From a virus (taxonomy: Duplodnaviria > Caudoviricetes): a stretch of 64,000 nucleotides of DNA. The stretch is taken from IMG/VR virus record IMGVR_UViG_2833400001_000001, positions 5,232 to 69,231 of that record; one strand, written 5' to 3'. Below the pieces are notes generated by a model that was not told the origin of the DNA, ran no database searches, and worked only from the letters and a program-made list of their open reading frames with translations. The position numbers were made by a program, and so were the translations under genes. Shown one piece after another: positions 26,650 to 36,533 of this stretch (the first letter of the stretch is position 1; every line of letters begins with the position of its first letter).

Positions 26650-26926
26650 ATCTCACTCCTTTCGCTAGTCGTTCCTTAATCTCTGCTTCGTGAGCAGGAG
26701 TGAGCGGTGTTTGATACTCACCGTAGCTTTCTTTCCACTCTCGATTAGCTTGCTCTTCCCACTCTAATTGTTCTTCGCTTAATTCGGCTTCAATATTGAG
26801 TGTGTGATCGTAATAGTCAGTATCTTTTTCGTACTGTGCTGCTTTAGCTGGCTGACAACTTATTCCTAAGATACAAGCGATAAATAATGCAAAAACAAGG
26901 TAAATGGGTTCGTGCGTGAATTTCAT
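26636..26926 (-). CDS. Hypothetical phage protein with N-terminal hydrophobic segment
   Basis: 96 aa, AGGAA RBS. Confidence 0.55.
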   Translation of the reverse strand: MKFTHEPIYLVFALFIACILGISCQPAKAAQYEKDTDYYDHTLNIEAELSEEQLEWEEQANREWKESYGEYQTPLTPAHEAEIKERLAKGVRYGHF

Positions 26927-27068
26927 TTTTTTTGTTCCTGTAAAAAAAGCCTAGTTAACAGCTAGGCTTTTGTGTTATAAATCATACAGACCGCTTCTGG
27001 ATATAAACAGATTAGGTAAAATACAGCATTCCTTTAATTGTTTTTGAGTAAGAAGCGGTCTTTTTGTT

Positions 27069-27254
27069 TTAATATCGGCTATCTTGTCTAAAATAAGTTA
27101 GCTCATAATCAAGAGCCGCTTTATCACACTCTCTTTTATCAATCCAATCATCTTCACAATCGCAATCCTGATCTTCTGCATTAATAGCCATCTGTTCACC
27201 GTAGTAATCTTCGGCACTGTCATAACTTAGCGGACTTATTGGTCTTATTTTCAT
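27069..27254 (-). CDS. Small acidic hypothetical protein
   Basis: 61 aa, GAGGAG RBS. Confidence 0.5.
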   Translation of the reverse strand: MKIRPISPLSYDSAEDYYGEQMAINAEDQDCDCEDDWIDKRECDKAALDYELTYFRQDSRY

Positions 27255-27652
27255 AGTGCTTCTCCTCTTCTTTTCTTTTTAAAACAGACCTTAATCTGCT
27301 TTAAAAAAAGCCCTCATAGGGAGGGCAAACCAAACGGAGTTTATAATGCAAGCGAAAATCACTCACCTATCAGTAAATGATTTTCCTAATGCCTACTCCA
27401 GAAACTGGGAAAAATATTCCTAGCTCATGACAAGAGTAGAGCAGGCATTAGATTTAACGGTTCGTGGGCTTGTTCGCCTAGTTTCCCCAACCGTTGTAGC
27501 AATCTTTCGACCGTGCGTTTCGCACTCAAGCAAGTAAGCAGCGCTGCCCTTGATTTTCCGCCCACCTCTCTTAGGACGAGAAACACAGTTTTCTGCTCGG
27601 GGGTTACTCAACTTTATTCAGTTGATGACTTACCGCCATTGCCACACTAATC

Positions 27653-27737
27653 TGTTAAAGAACATTGAGATATGTGTATCTCGTTTTGATGTGGTTATAT
27701 TACCTTTTGGTATTTATATTGTAAATACCTTATGGTA
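27653..27737 (-). promoter_or_regulatory. pL/oL region with boxA-like element
   Basis: Operators TACC-N4-GGTA at 27701-27712 and 27726-27737; minus-strand TTTACA-17-TAATAT; GTTCTTTAACA at 27653-27663. Confidence 0.65.
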
Positions 27738-27999
27738 ATAAATTTTACTTTTTTAGCTTGCCAAAAAGGTAAAATATTGAGATTTAAAGGAATAAAAATT
27801 TATGAGATTGGTTTAATTGGTTATTTTTTAACCGTTAAGAGGATCTAAATAGTTGGATTTGGGAAAGTTGATGGGGAAAATGGACAAATGAACTCGTTCA
27901 GTGAACAAATGACCGATTGATTTTTTTATTTAATATGTGAATTATAGTTTACATATATTGGCAATAAGTTTTATAATACACCTATGCTAAGGAGTAAAA

Positions 28000-28296
28000 A
28001 TGATTCAGATAAAATCAACAGAAGCCTTTGATAAATGGCTAGATAATCTTAAGGATTTGCGGGCAAGGGCTAAAATTCAAGTGCGGATTAAACGATTACA
28101 GCTTGGCAATTTTGGTGATGTAAAGCCGATAGGTGAAGGGTTATCTGAATTAAGAATAACAGAAGGGAAAGGCTATCGCCTGTACTTGAAAAATCAAAAT
28201 GGGGTGATTGTGATTTTGTTATGCGGTGGCGACAAATCCACACAGAAAGCGGATATTGAGAAAGCAAAATCGTTAGCAAAGATATTAGGAGTTTAA
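28000..28296 (+). CDS. RelE/HigB-like addiction-module toxin
   Basis: FDKWLDNLKD, GNFGDVKPIGEGLSELRI, LLCGGDKSTQ motifs. Confidence 0.9.
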   Translation: MIQIKSTEAFDKWLDNLKDLRARAKIQVRIKRLQLGNFGDVKPIGEGLSELRITEGKGYRLYLKNQNGVIVILLCGGDKSTQKADIEKAKSLAKILGV

Positions 28297-28297
28297 T

Positions 28298-28582
28298 ATG
28301 GCAGAACAATTAAAAGACTTTGATATGTCAGAACATTTACGCACAGAAGAAGAAATACAGCTCTATCTTAATGAGATTTTAAGTGAGGGCGATATTGATT
28401 TATTGCTTTCTGCATTAGGTGATATAGCGAAAGCGAGAAATATGAGTCAAATTGCTCGAGAAGTGGGGGTAACAAGAGAAGGGTTATATAAAGCTCTTTC
28501 TGGGCGAGGCAATCCAACATTTGCTACTGTGTTTAAGGTAATGCAGGCGTTAAACTTGAATTTAGAAGTAAAACACGCTTAA
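28298..28582 (+). CDS. HigA-like HTH antidote protein
   Basis: ALGDIAKARNMSQIAREVGVTREGLYKALSGRGNPTFATV. Confidence 0.9.
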   Translation: MAEQLKDFDMSEHLRTEEEIQLYLNEILSEGDIDLLLSALGDIAKARNMSQIAREVGVTREGLYKALSGRGNPTFATVFKVMQALNLNLEVKHA

Positions 28583-28802
28583 CTTGAACTACGCGATTTT
28601 CTTAGTTTGAGAAAATGATTAAGCACGGAAGAATAATGGTTAAGTAAGGGGTATAGACTTATCTATTGTTTTGAAATTATTGATAATTTTTGGATTAAGC
28701 AAGGTTTGATAGAAAATAGGCAAGGTAAAAGAAAACCGCCGTAGGCGGTTTATAAACAAATTTACTTATAAGTTAAAAGCATCTTTTATTGAGATATATC
28801 GA

Positions 28803-29762
28803 TTAGGACTCGTGGCTTTCAGTGCTTCCTGTAGTGTTTGAGGTTGACTTCTTGGACTTTGTTTTAGTGCTTCGTTCAGTGTTTGTGGTTGTTGTACCTG
28901 AGATGTTATCTTCTGATGAAGTATCGCTAATTGACCCATTTTGTTCTTCCTCTTGTTTTAAATATTCAACATATAATTTGCTTAAAATATCCTGACGCAA
29001 TTCCAATATATCGTGTATATTCTGATAGCGTGAAATTATACTATTATTAGCTTCTTCTACACAACTAAAAATCGTTCTAGCTTCTTTTCTATCAATAACA
29101 AATCCATGTGTTGGGTAACCTCTTATTAATTTCTCTAATGAAGTGTTATCTTTCAATGACATAGATGTTTCAGCAAGTCTTTTTCCATACTCATAAGCTA
29201 TGTCGTTTGCTCTTTGATGTTCTCCTATTTTCATTGGATCTATTTGTTCTGCAATTGGTTTAATGATTGCATCAACAAGTTTTGTAGCCATTTCTGCTGA
29301 CATTTTTGTGCTAAGACCTTGTCCAAATCTGATACTTCTTAGATATTTACTAAAAGCTAAATTAGCTCTATCTTCTAAAGTTTCAAGAGTTTTGAATATA
29401 TCTAGTCCAGAGTTACTTACTCCCAGCTCGTCATCTTTTCGTAGTTGAATATCAAGTGGTCCTAACTCACCTTGATTATGCATAATAATTTTCTTTGCTG
29501 CAATAACGGTGAGAGTCCCAGCACTTTTACATATATTCGGTATGTATATTGTAACGTTGCCTTTATAATGATGTTGTAATGCTCGTCCTATTCTAAATCC
29601 AGCATCAGGGTTGCCACCGTAAGTTACAAGGCATAGAATGACCTTATCTTTTTGCTTGTTATTAGTTATTTAATTGCAAAGTCTGCGATAGCCTTCCATG
29701 CTAATTACACCAATATAAAAATAACAGTCATAATCATTTATGTTAAAGTTATTATTTTCCAT
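28803..29762 (-). pseudogene. ClpP-fold (SDH/S49-like) serine protease homologue with premature TAA at codon 31
   Basis: ATG 29760-29762; in-frame TAA at 29670-29672; then TYGGNPDAG, CKSAGT, ELGPLD motifs in the same frame as ORF 28803-29483. Confidence 0.75.
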
Positions 29763-29854
29763 TTTATTAAATCTCCAATAATAGTTTTAAAGTACTACTT
29801 TATAACCACCACCCAATAAAATTCAGCCTCTATTTATCAACCGCCACGCCAAAC

Positions 29855-30535
29855 CTACTCAATAAAATTCAGCTTCTGGCTTTGATGAACGATCACTTTC
29901 CCTTGAATAAAGAGTTGGTTTTCATCATCAATGTCCCATTCTTTGTAAGTTTTGTTATCAGATAACACAAGGAATTTCTCGCCTATACGTTGTAACCGCT
30001 TAATATATAAAGCATTTTTATAGTTGAAAATATAAACGCCATCACCATCAAATGATTGAATTTTGATATTAACAAACACCATATCACCAGAATTGAATGT
30101 TGGTGACATTGAATCACCTTTGATATTGATTACTCTAATACCGTCAGGATTGATGCCTCTAAACAGTGTGTAATATTGTTCAGGAACGTAATATAAGCGA
30201 CTAACCACTTCAACAAGATCGCCTGTTGTACCATTACCAGCACTAGCTTCAACATTAAGAACCTCAATGATAACTTTATCGTTTATGACTTTTAATTCAG
30301 TAGGTAGATCACTGTCATTATCAAACCAGTTATTGGGTAGATCTAAGGTTTTACATATTTCAGCAACAATTTTTTCGCCAATTGGTTTAGCACCTTTTTT
30401 GTCTTCAGGGTACAGCATTCTTGATACATAACTAGGCTCTTTACCAATTTTTCTTGCAAATTCAGCAACGTTTCCATTGCAAAGTTCGTCTATCAAACTT
30501 TGTAGTTTATGTTGTCTAATCGCTCGTTTATTCAT
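29855..30535 (-). CDS. cI: CI-like repressor (HTH + S24 peptidase)
   Basis: EFARKIGKEPSYVSRM HTH; KGDSMSPT and YIKRL S24 motifs; divergent from cro. Confidence 0.9.
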   Translation of the reverse strand: MNKRAIRQHKLQSLIDELCNGNVAEFARKIGKEPSYVSRMLYPEDKKGAKPIGEKIVAEICKTLDLPNNWFDNDSDLPTELKVINDKVIIEVLNVEASAGNGTTGDLVEVVSRLYYVPEQYYTLFRGINPDGIRVINIKGDSMSPTFNSGDMVFVNIKIQSFDGDGVYIFNYKNALYIKRLQRIGEKFLVLSDNKTYKEWDIDDENQLFIQGKVIVHQSQKLNFIE

Positions 30536-30579
30536 TTTCTACCACCATCGATAAATTTTAGCTAAATATATCCCTTGTT

Positions 30580-30632
30580 TACCTTGAGGTAAATAAACCA
30601 AAAGGTATTTACTTTATAATTCCCAAATGGTA
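30580..30632. promoter_or_regulatory. oR operators (three TACC-N4-GGTA-like palindromes)
   Basis: TACCTTGAGGTA 30580, AACCAAAAGGTA 30596, TCCCAAATGGTA 30621; same consensus as oL. Confidence 0.7.
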
Positions 30633-30667
30633 AATTAATCTGGTAATTTTAATAACCGGGAATCGAT

Positions 30668-30889
30668 ATGAACGAATTAAGAATATTTTTAAATTCACTC
30701 CCTCTCGTTGAACAGCAAAACTTTGCAAATCGCTGTGGAACAACAATTAATTACTTAAGAAAAGCCCTTTCTAGAAACTCAACTCTTGGTACAGAGCTTT
30801 GTGTTGCAATTGAGAAAGAATCTAAAGGTGTTGTTACACGGAAGGTTCTTGTATCGAATTGGCAAGCTCGTTGGCCTGAATTGGTTTAG
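30668..30889 (+). CDS. cro: Cro-like regulator
   Basis: FANRCGTTINYL..., LCVAIEKES.G.VTR YdaS/Cro-like pattern; divergent from cI. Confidence 0.8.
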   Translation: MNELRIFLNSLPLVEQQNFANRCGTTINYLRKALSRNSTLGTELCVAIEKESKGVVTRKVLVSNWQARWPELV

Positions 30890-30915
30890 TTTTAATTTAC
30901 CTAAAGGGCATTTTT

Positions 30916-31212
30916 ATGGCACGCAATAAACTCACTCGATCCGCAAAACCACTTGCAGATCTTGTTATGGAGAAATACTACAAGCAGAAACAGTATGAAA
31001 TTGCTGATGCAATGGAAACTACGCCATCAACGGTAAGCCGTTTTGTAAGTAATGAAGAAGGGAATAACACTTTTAATTTCATTGCGGCAAATCGCTTTGG
31101 TGTTTTTGATGTTGATACACACGTTGCGATAGAAAAAAGCGAGTTAGAACTTTTGCTATTAGCAGCAAAAGGGTTTGATGAGCGGTTACGCAAGAAATAT
31201 TTTAAGCAATAA
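30916..31212 (+). CDS. CII-like regulator
   Basis: HTH QYEIADAMETTPSTVSR; position after cro. Confidence 0.6.
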   Translation: MARNKLTRSAKPLADLVMEKYYKQKQYEIADAMETTPSTVSRFVSNEEGNNTFNFIAANRFGVFDVDTHVAIEKSELELLLLAAKGFDERLRKKYFKQ

Positions 31213-31248
31213 AAAACCACCGCGGCAACGGTGGTTTAGGAGGTTAAA

Positions 31249-31959
31249 TTGAATCAATTAATTGTTATTGATAATACAGAAATCAAACAAGATGGTCAAG
31301 GAAGATACTGCTTAAACGATTTGCATCGTGCGAGCGGAGGCGAAAGCCGTCATCGTCCAACTTATTGGTTATCGAATCAACAAACACAAGAATTAATTAA
31401 TGAAATTTCAAAAGACGGAATTCCGTCTATCCTTACAAAACAAGGACTTGGAACATTCGTTTGCAAAGAACTTGTATATGCTTATGCAATGTGGATTAGC
31501 CCTAAATTTCATTTACTTGTTATTCGCACTTTTGATTCAGTAGTAAATAAATCACAAACGATAGATCCAATGATGGCATTGAATGACCCAGCTTATTTGC
31601 GTTCTGCCTTATTAACATATTCGGAGAAAGTATTAGAGCTTGAGCCAAAAGCAGAGGCCTTTGATCGTTTAGCAACAAAAACACAAGGCTCTATGAATTT
31701 AACTAATGCAGCGAAACATCTACAAGTACAACCTAAGATGTTTATTCAATTTTTATTTTCTCATCGGTGGATTTATAAGCGAGTAAGTTCTAAGCCTTGG
31801 ATAGCTTATCAAGACAAATTACAGGCTGGTTATTTAGAACATAAAGCAAACTCATATGAAGATAAAGATGGAAATCTAAAAATTAGTGAACAAGTCCTTA
31901 TTACAGCTAAAGGATTAGCAAAATTATCAGAGATGTTAAATAAGAGGGTGGCACTATGA
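31249..31959 (+). CDS. KilA-N/antirepressor-type DNA-binding protein
   Basis: YCLNDLHRASG, YAYAMWISPKF, C-terminal ITAKGLAKL; TTG start. Confidence 0.85.
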   Translation: MNQLIVIDNTEIKQDGQGRYCLNDLHRASGGESRHRPTYWLSNQQTQELINEISKDGIPSILTKQGLGTFVCKELVYAYAMWISPKFHLLVIRTFDSVVNKSQTIDPMMALNDPAYLRSALLTYSEKVLELEPKAEAFDRLATKTQGSMNLTNAAKHLQVQPKMFIQFLFSHRWIYKRVSSKPWIAYQDKLQAGYLEHKANSYEDKDGNLKISEQVLITAKGLAKLSEMLNKRVAL

Positions 31960-32735
31960 GTTTTCACGCAGTCGCAAAAGCAGTAGAAGCACCATTATCA
32001 GGTAATTTAAAGCTTGTATTTATTTTAATGGCAAATTATGCGGACGAAAAAGATCGTTGTTATCCAAGTCAAGCTACATTAGCTAGACAGGCTGGTGTAT
32101 CAGAAAAAACTATTCAGAGAGCAATTGAAAAGCTAGAGGAAATTGGTTTTGTTAGCGTATTAAGAAAAGGAACTGGCAATAAATCTTCTGTTTATTGTCT
32201 TAATTTTAAAGTTGAGGGTAGTCAAAATGTCACCCCAGACAATTTGACGGGTGGTCAAAATGTCCATGCGGGGGAGACAAATTGTCTAGTCGGGGTGGAC
32301 AATTTGTCTAGTCAGGGTGGTCAAAATGTCCACCGATCCTATCAAGATACTATCAATGATCCTATTAATGATCCTATCAATAATACGGGCGTAGCAAAAA
32401 AATCTAAAAAATCGTTAAACATTGACGCTGAGGATGTTGATTTGCCGAATTATGTCAATCGTGAAAAGTGGATTGAGTATTGTCGTATGCGCAAAGCTAA
32501 GCGTGTTGAAATTAAGACGATAGGCACGCTTAAGAAGTGTTTGAGTGATTTGGAAAAACTTAGCGGTCGAGACCCACAGAAAGCCATTGCTGTGTTAGAC
32601 CAATCTATCGGTAACACTTGGACCGGGCTTTTTAAAGTCAAAGAAGAATTAACACCAATCAAGCCTAAACCTAGCAGTCATCATAGTTTTAATGACAAAA
32701 AATATGAAGAGCATATCCCTGATATTTATAAGTAA
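31956..32735 (+). CDS. Replication initiator (O-like, N-terminal HTH)
   Basis: LANYADE..CYPSQATLA HTH; internal iterons; C-terminal WTGLF. Confidence 0.8.
   Translation: MSFHAVAKAVEAPLSGNLKLVFILMANYADEKDRCYPSQATLARQAGVSEKTIQRAIEKLEEIGFVSVLRKGTGNKSSVYCLNFKVEGSQNVTPDNLTGGQNVHAGETNCLVGVDNLSSQGGQNVHRSYQDTINDPINDPINNTGVAKKSKKSLNIDAEDVDLPNYVNREKWIEYCRMRKAKRVEIKTIGTLKKCLSDLEKLSGRDPQKAIAVLDQSIGNTWTGLFKVKEELTPIKPKPSSHHSFNDKKYEEHIPDIYK
32221..32385. repeat. Replication-origin iterons inside the initiator gene
   Basis: GTCAAAATGTC at 32221, 32254, 32320; GACAAWTTGWC at 32238, 32276, 32298; tandem ATGATCCTAT(T/C)A after. Confidence 0.75.
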
Positions 32736-32751
32736 AAAAAAAGGCTAAAAA

Positions 32752-33573
32752 ATGACTAAAGACGAATTACTTAAAACTCTTAACGATTTAGAAAATAAAT
32801 TATCTGTCGCAGAAGAAGCCGCTAAAGATCCATTTGCGAATGTGGTGCATTGTCAGAAACATGGGGATTATCGTAGCGTAAAAACTGTTTTTGAAGCACC
32901 TTATTTAAACATAGCAAGTGAGACTAAATGTCCTCACTGCTTGCAAGAAGAAATTGATCAAGTAAAAGCAAGAATTTTGGCTCATGAAAATGCGTTAATT
33001 GCTGATTTAAAGAAATCAGCTCAAATTCCACCTCGATTTGAGAATTGCCATCTTAATAACTACGAAGTACTAAATGACGGAACAAAAAAAGCGTTAATGC
33101 TTGCAACTCGATACACTGAAAAATGGTTAGACCGGTTAGCAAAAGGTGGTGGCTTAATTTTTTGCGGTAAACCGGGAACCGGGAAAAATCATTTAGCTTG
33201 CGCGATTGCAAACGAAATCATAGAGCAATATCAGGCAAAAGTGTTGTTATCTACAGCATTACGTATCGTTAGAGATATTAAAACAAGCTGGAATCGTGAC
33301 AGTACAAAGACCGAAGATGAACTTATCAAATATTACGCGAAAAAAGACCTGTTAATTATTGATGAAATTGGGGTTCAGTTTGGATCAGAGGCGGAAAAAA
33401 TCATTTTGTTTGAAATTATCAATACTCGATATGAAAACAGACTCCCAACAATTTTGATTAGCAACTTATCGGTAAATGAATTAAGTGATTATATCGGTGA
33501 GCGTGTGCTTGATCGAATGATGGAAGGACAAGGAGCGATTGTTGCGTTTGATTGGGAGAGTTACAGAAAATGA
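32752..33573 (+). CDS. DnaC/IstB-like helicase loader ATPase
   Basis: GKPGTGKNHLA, LLIIDEIG, PTILISN motifs. Confidence 0.9.
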   Translation: MTKDELLKTLNDLENKLSVAEEAAKDPFANVVHCQKHGDYRSVKTVFEAPYLNIASETKCPHCLQEEIDQVKARILAHENALIADLKKSAQIPPRFENCHLNNYEVLNDGTKKALMLATRYTEKWLDRLAKGGGLIFCGKPGTGKNHLACAIANEIIEQYQAKVLLSTALRIVRDIKTSWNRDSTKTEDELIKYYAKKDLLIIDEIGVQFGSEAEKIILFEIINTRYENRLPTILISNLSVNELSDYIGERVLDRMMEGQGAIVAFDWESYRK

Positions 33574-34100
33574 GTTTTGATAAAGATTGTTATCGTACAC
33601 CTAAATATGTTTTTAACTGGCTCAACAAATTATTTAAGTTTGATCTGGATGGTTGCGCAAGTAAAGAGAACGCATTGTGTAAACATTATTGCACAAATGA
33701 AGAGGGTTGTTGTTTTTTAACGTTTGATCCAAATGGCTACGATACACCCGAATATGGATATACGTTTAAACCTACATCCATTTTTGTTAATCCGCCTTAT
33801 AGCAATCCATTGCCATTCGTTAAACGTGCGGCAGAGCTTAAAGAACAGGGGTATTTAGTTGTGATGTTATTACCAGCTGATAAATCCACTAAGTGGTATC
33901 AAGTTATTCAAGAAAATGCGACAGAAGTTATCGACATTGTTGGTGGACGTATTAATTTCTTACATCCAGTTACGGGTGAAGAAGTAAAAGGTAATAACAA
34001 AAGTTCAATTATCGCAGTGTTCGATCCAATGATGCAAGGCTTCATCACTCGTCAAGTGAGCTTGGATTTTGTTAAGCAGTGTGGTGGATATTATCAATGA
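33570..34100 (+). CDS. Phage N6-adenine DNA methyltransferase
   Basis: YRTP, FDLDGCAS, FVNPPYS motifs. Confidence 0.85.
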   Translation: MSFDKDCYRTPKYVFNWLNKLFKFDLDGCASKENALCKHYCTNEEGCCFLTFDPNGYDTPEYGYTFKPTSIFVNPPYSNPLPFVKRAAELKEQGYLVVMLLPADKSTKWYQVIQENATEVIDIVGGRINFLHPVTGEEVKGNNKSSIIAVFDPMMQGFITRQVSLDFVKQCGGYYQ

Positions 34101-34546
34101 TCATTGAGATGGTTAAAGGTGCTGGTGGAACATTTGTTGCCGCTGATGATATGTATCTTCCAGCACTACAAAAATTTAAAAATGGTGAGATGTACGAAGT
34201 TGAGGTGAAAAGAACTCGTAACCCTCAATTTCACCGTAAAGTCTTTTCATTTTTTAAATTTTGTTTTGAACATTGGGCAGCCGATAAAACGGAATGGAAA
34301 TATTTCGATGAGAGAAAGCAGTTTAACACATTTCGCAAGAATTTAACTGTGTTAGCTGGTTTTAAAGAAGTGAGTTATACGATAGATGGACGAGTAAGAG
34401 TAGAAGCTCAATCGTTAAGTTATGGAAATATGGAACAAGATGAGTTCGAAACGTGTTATTCAGCGTTAATCAATGCTGCTTTAAAGCATATTTTCAATAA
34501 CACAACAGATCAAAACATTATTAACCAGTTATATGCGTTTTTTTAA
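34097..34546 (+). CDS. DUF1367/NinB-like protein
   Basis: RNPQFHRKVF, SLSYGNMEQDEFE motifs. Confidence 0.75.
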   Translation: MIIEMVKGAGGTFVAADDMYLPALQKFKNGEMYEVEVKRTRNPQFHRKVFSFFKFCFEHWAADKTEWKYFDERKQFNTFRKNLTVLAGFKEVSYTIDGRVRVEAQSLSYGNMEQDEFETCYSALINAALKHIFNNTTDQNIINQLYAFF

Positions 34547-34556
34547 TGAATGATAG

Positions 34557-34772
34557 CTAATAGAACACTCGGCGATAACGATAGTAAGGCTTAATAAAGT
34601 CGGCAACATAACCCCCTTTTGAGTAAGCAGATAATAAGCCTCTATAACGTTCAGGAGGAACACTTAAATATTGATAAATAGCACCACTACGGAATTTAAC
34701 TTCAAGAATAGATTGATTTTCATCATAAGCAATAGAGGAAATATTAGATGAACGGACAGGAATATGCTGCAT
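34557..34772 (-). CDS. KTSC-domain protein
   Basis: VRSSNISSIAYD...LEVKF.SG.IYQY..VP...SKG signature. Confidence 0.85.
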   Translation of the reverse strand: MQHIPVRSSNISSIAYDENQSILEVKFRSGAIYQYLSVPPERYRGLLSAYSKGGYVADFIKPYYRYRRVFY

Positions 34773-34918
34773 ATCAACCGCCTAAATTTACTGAAATGAC
34801 AAAGGAACAGATCGTTAGTCATTTTGCCAAGTATTGTTTTGTCGATCAAGAGGGGCACAAATTAGAACAATGCGATGATTTTATTCAATTAATTGAGTGT
34901 GTGGTTGCTAATGAATAA
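34748..34918 (+). CDS. Small nin-region protein (56 aa)
   Basis: Translated by hand: ...FAKYCFVDQEGHKLEQCDDFIQLIE...; stop overlaps the ninG start. Confidence 0.5.
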   Translation: MNGQEYAAYQPPKFTEMTKEQIVSHFAKYCFVDQEGHKLEQCDDFIQLIECVVANE

Positions 34919-35471
34919 GTCAAATAAACAGTATAAATGCAAGGTTTGCGGTAGTTACTACACGAAAACAATTAGCAGCTTGCAGAAAGTGTGTAGTGTT
35001 GAATGTGCGATTAAACTCAGCAAGGAACAAGCACGCAAGAAGCGTGAAAAGCTAGATAAGCAGGCGAGGAAAGAACATAGAAAAAGATTAGAAGCAATTA
35101 AAACAAGGGCTCAGTGGCTGAAAGATTTGCAAAAAGTGTTTAATCAATTTATTCGCCTGCGAGATAAAAATGAGCCTTGCATTTCTTGCGGTAGATTTCA
35201 TCAAGGGCAATGGCACGCAGGGCATTATAAGACAGTTAAAGCAATGCCAGAATTGCGATTTAATGAGGATAATTGTCATAAGCAATGCTCCGTTTGTAAT
35301 AACTATTTAAGCGGTAATTTAACTGAGTATCGTATCAATTTGATCAAGAAAATTGGTGTTGAGAGGGTGGCATTTTTAGAGAGAAAAGATCATCAAAAAG
35401 TTAAGCTGACGATAGATGAAATTAAGGCACTAATTACTGTTTATAAAAACAAAGTTAAGGAGTTGCAATGA
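34911..35471 (+). CDS. ninG: NinG/Rap-like endonuclease
   Basis: IRLRD..PCISCG, HAGHY, LRFNEDNCHKQC..CN..LSGN. Confidence 0.85.
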   Translation: MNKSNKQYKCKVCGSYYTKTISSLQKVCSVECAIKLSKEQARKKREKLDKQARKEHRKRLEAIKTRAQWLKDLQKVFNQFIRLRDKNEPCISCGRFHQGQWHAGHYKTVKAMPELRFNEDNCHKQCSVCNNYLSGNLTEYRINLIKKIGVERVAFLERKDHQKVKLTIDEIKALITVYKNKVKELQ

Positions 35472-36193
35472 GTAGAGAAATTGAACTATTGGTTAAAATG
35501 TTTGAGCCACGTTGTGTAAGTTTTGAGGCTGTTGCTCATTGCAACGGCAATCTACATAAAGATCAAATTATTGCTGCATTTGCTAAAGCGGAAAGACAAC
35601 ACTGGCTCGGCTATCAAATGCTATCACTCAAATATAAGTTAGATAACGATGCAAAGCACAAACTTGCTCAATACATTGATTTGTATTTAAAAGACAAAAA
35701 TATTAGCGATCATTATGCTGCTAAAGCACTAAACCTTGTTGTTGATATGCTGGCTGATATTCCGTTGCCGACACAACATAAACGATTAAGCTCGTTAAGA
35801 CGTAGATATTTGCGCTCGCAATTTGCTTACACAAAAGAGATTGATAAAGCTAATAAAATAGCTGAGCAAGCAGGCATCGATCGCAACAGCAAAGACGGTA
35901 GAACACTCAAAATAAATGCGATTAATGAAATGAAAAGAACGAATATCTGCCCTCGCTGCCATGGCACAGGGGAAATTGGCAGGGAACAAAAACGGTCTTG
36001 TCCATCTTGCGAGGGAAAGGGAAGATTGATTGCCACAGTTGATCATCTTATTTATGCGATCGGGTGCAGCAAAGAGCATTTCGATCTTTATCTCAAACAT
36101 ATTATTTTAGAGTTTACTAGCAAGCTACAATATGAAATGTCAGACGCTGAAAGCTTGATCAAACAACGTTTAAGAGCTGAAATAGCGGCATAG
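35468..36193 (+). CDS. Late antiterminator Q-like protein
   Basis: CPRCHGTG and CPSCEGKG zinc motifs; between nin and lysis genes. Confidence 0.75.
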   Translation: MSREIELLVKMFEPRCVSFEAVAHCNGNLHKDQIIAAFAKAERQHWLGYQMLSLKYKLDNDAKHKLAQYIDLYLKDKNISDHYAAKALNLVVDMLADIPLPTQHKRLSSLRRRYLRSQFAYTKEIDKANKIAEQAGIDRNSKDGRTLKINAINEMKRTNICPRCHGTGEIGREQKRSCPSCEGKGRLIATVDHLIYAIGCSKEHFDLYLKHIILEFTSKLQYEMSDAESLIKQRLRAEIAA

Positions 36194-36437
36194 GTGAGTT
36201 GTTGCAAATAACTCAATAACTCGTTGATTTTAAAGCAAAGCTCAATTTTGAGTTTCGTTTATTGACAACCAAACCCCATTCTATTATCCTTAATTTAAGA
36301 TTTTAGGAGTCGAAACCTAAATTCCTGTTAGATCAGTTCGTTATTCACTGCGTCAATGTGATTTTTTTGTATCTGAAATTCGGTGTTTCTCTTTTTCTTT
36401 TCTAGCCAATTTCAATACAAGAACAAAACTCAATCTA

Positions 36438-36508
36438 TGGATAGGTGGGTATGGGAATATCCAATACCATACGCCGTTTAACTGAGCGGTTTTCGAACCA
36501 CCTATCCA
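36438..36508 (+). ncRNA. C4-type antisense RNA (P1 c4 / P4 CI-like cloverleaf)
   Basis: Outer stem TGGATAGGTGG/CCACCTATCCA; loop TAACTGAG complementary to CTCAGTTA (36527-36534) and TCAGTT (36333); TTTCGA complementary to TCGAAA at 36310 and 36517. Confidence 0.75.
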
Positions 36509-36533
36509 CCCAATATTCGAAAGGTACTCAGTT

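Noticed and set aside
22414-27254. Small leftward ORFs as anti-CRISPR genes
   Set aside because: No recognisable Acr sequence or adjacent Aca HTH gene; cannot be supported without a search
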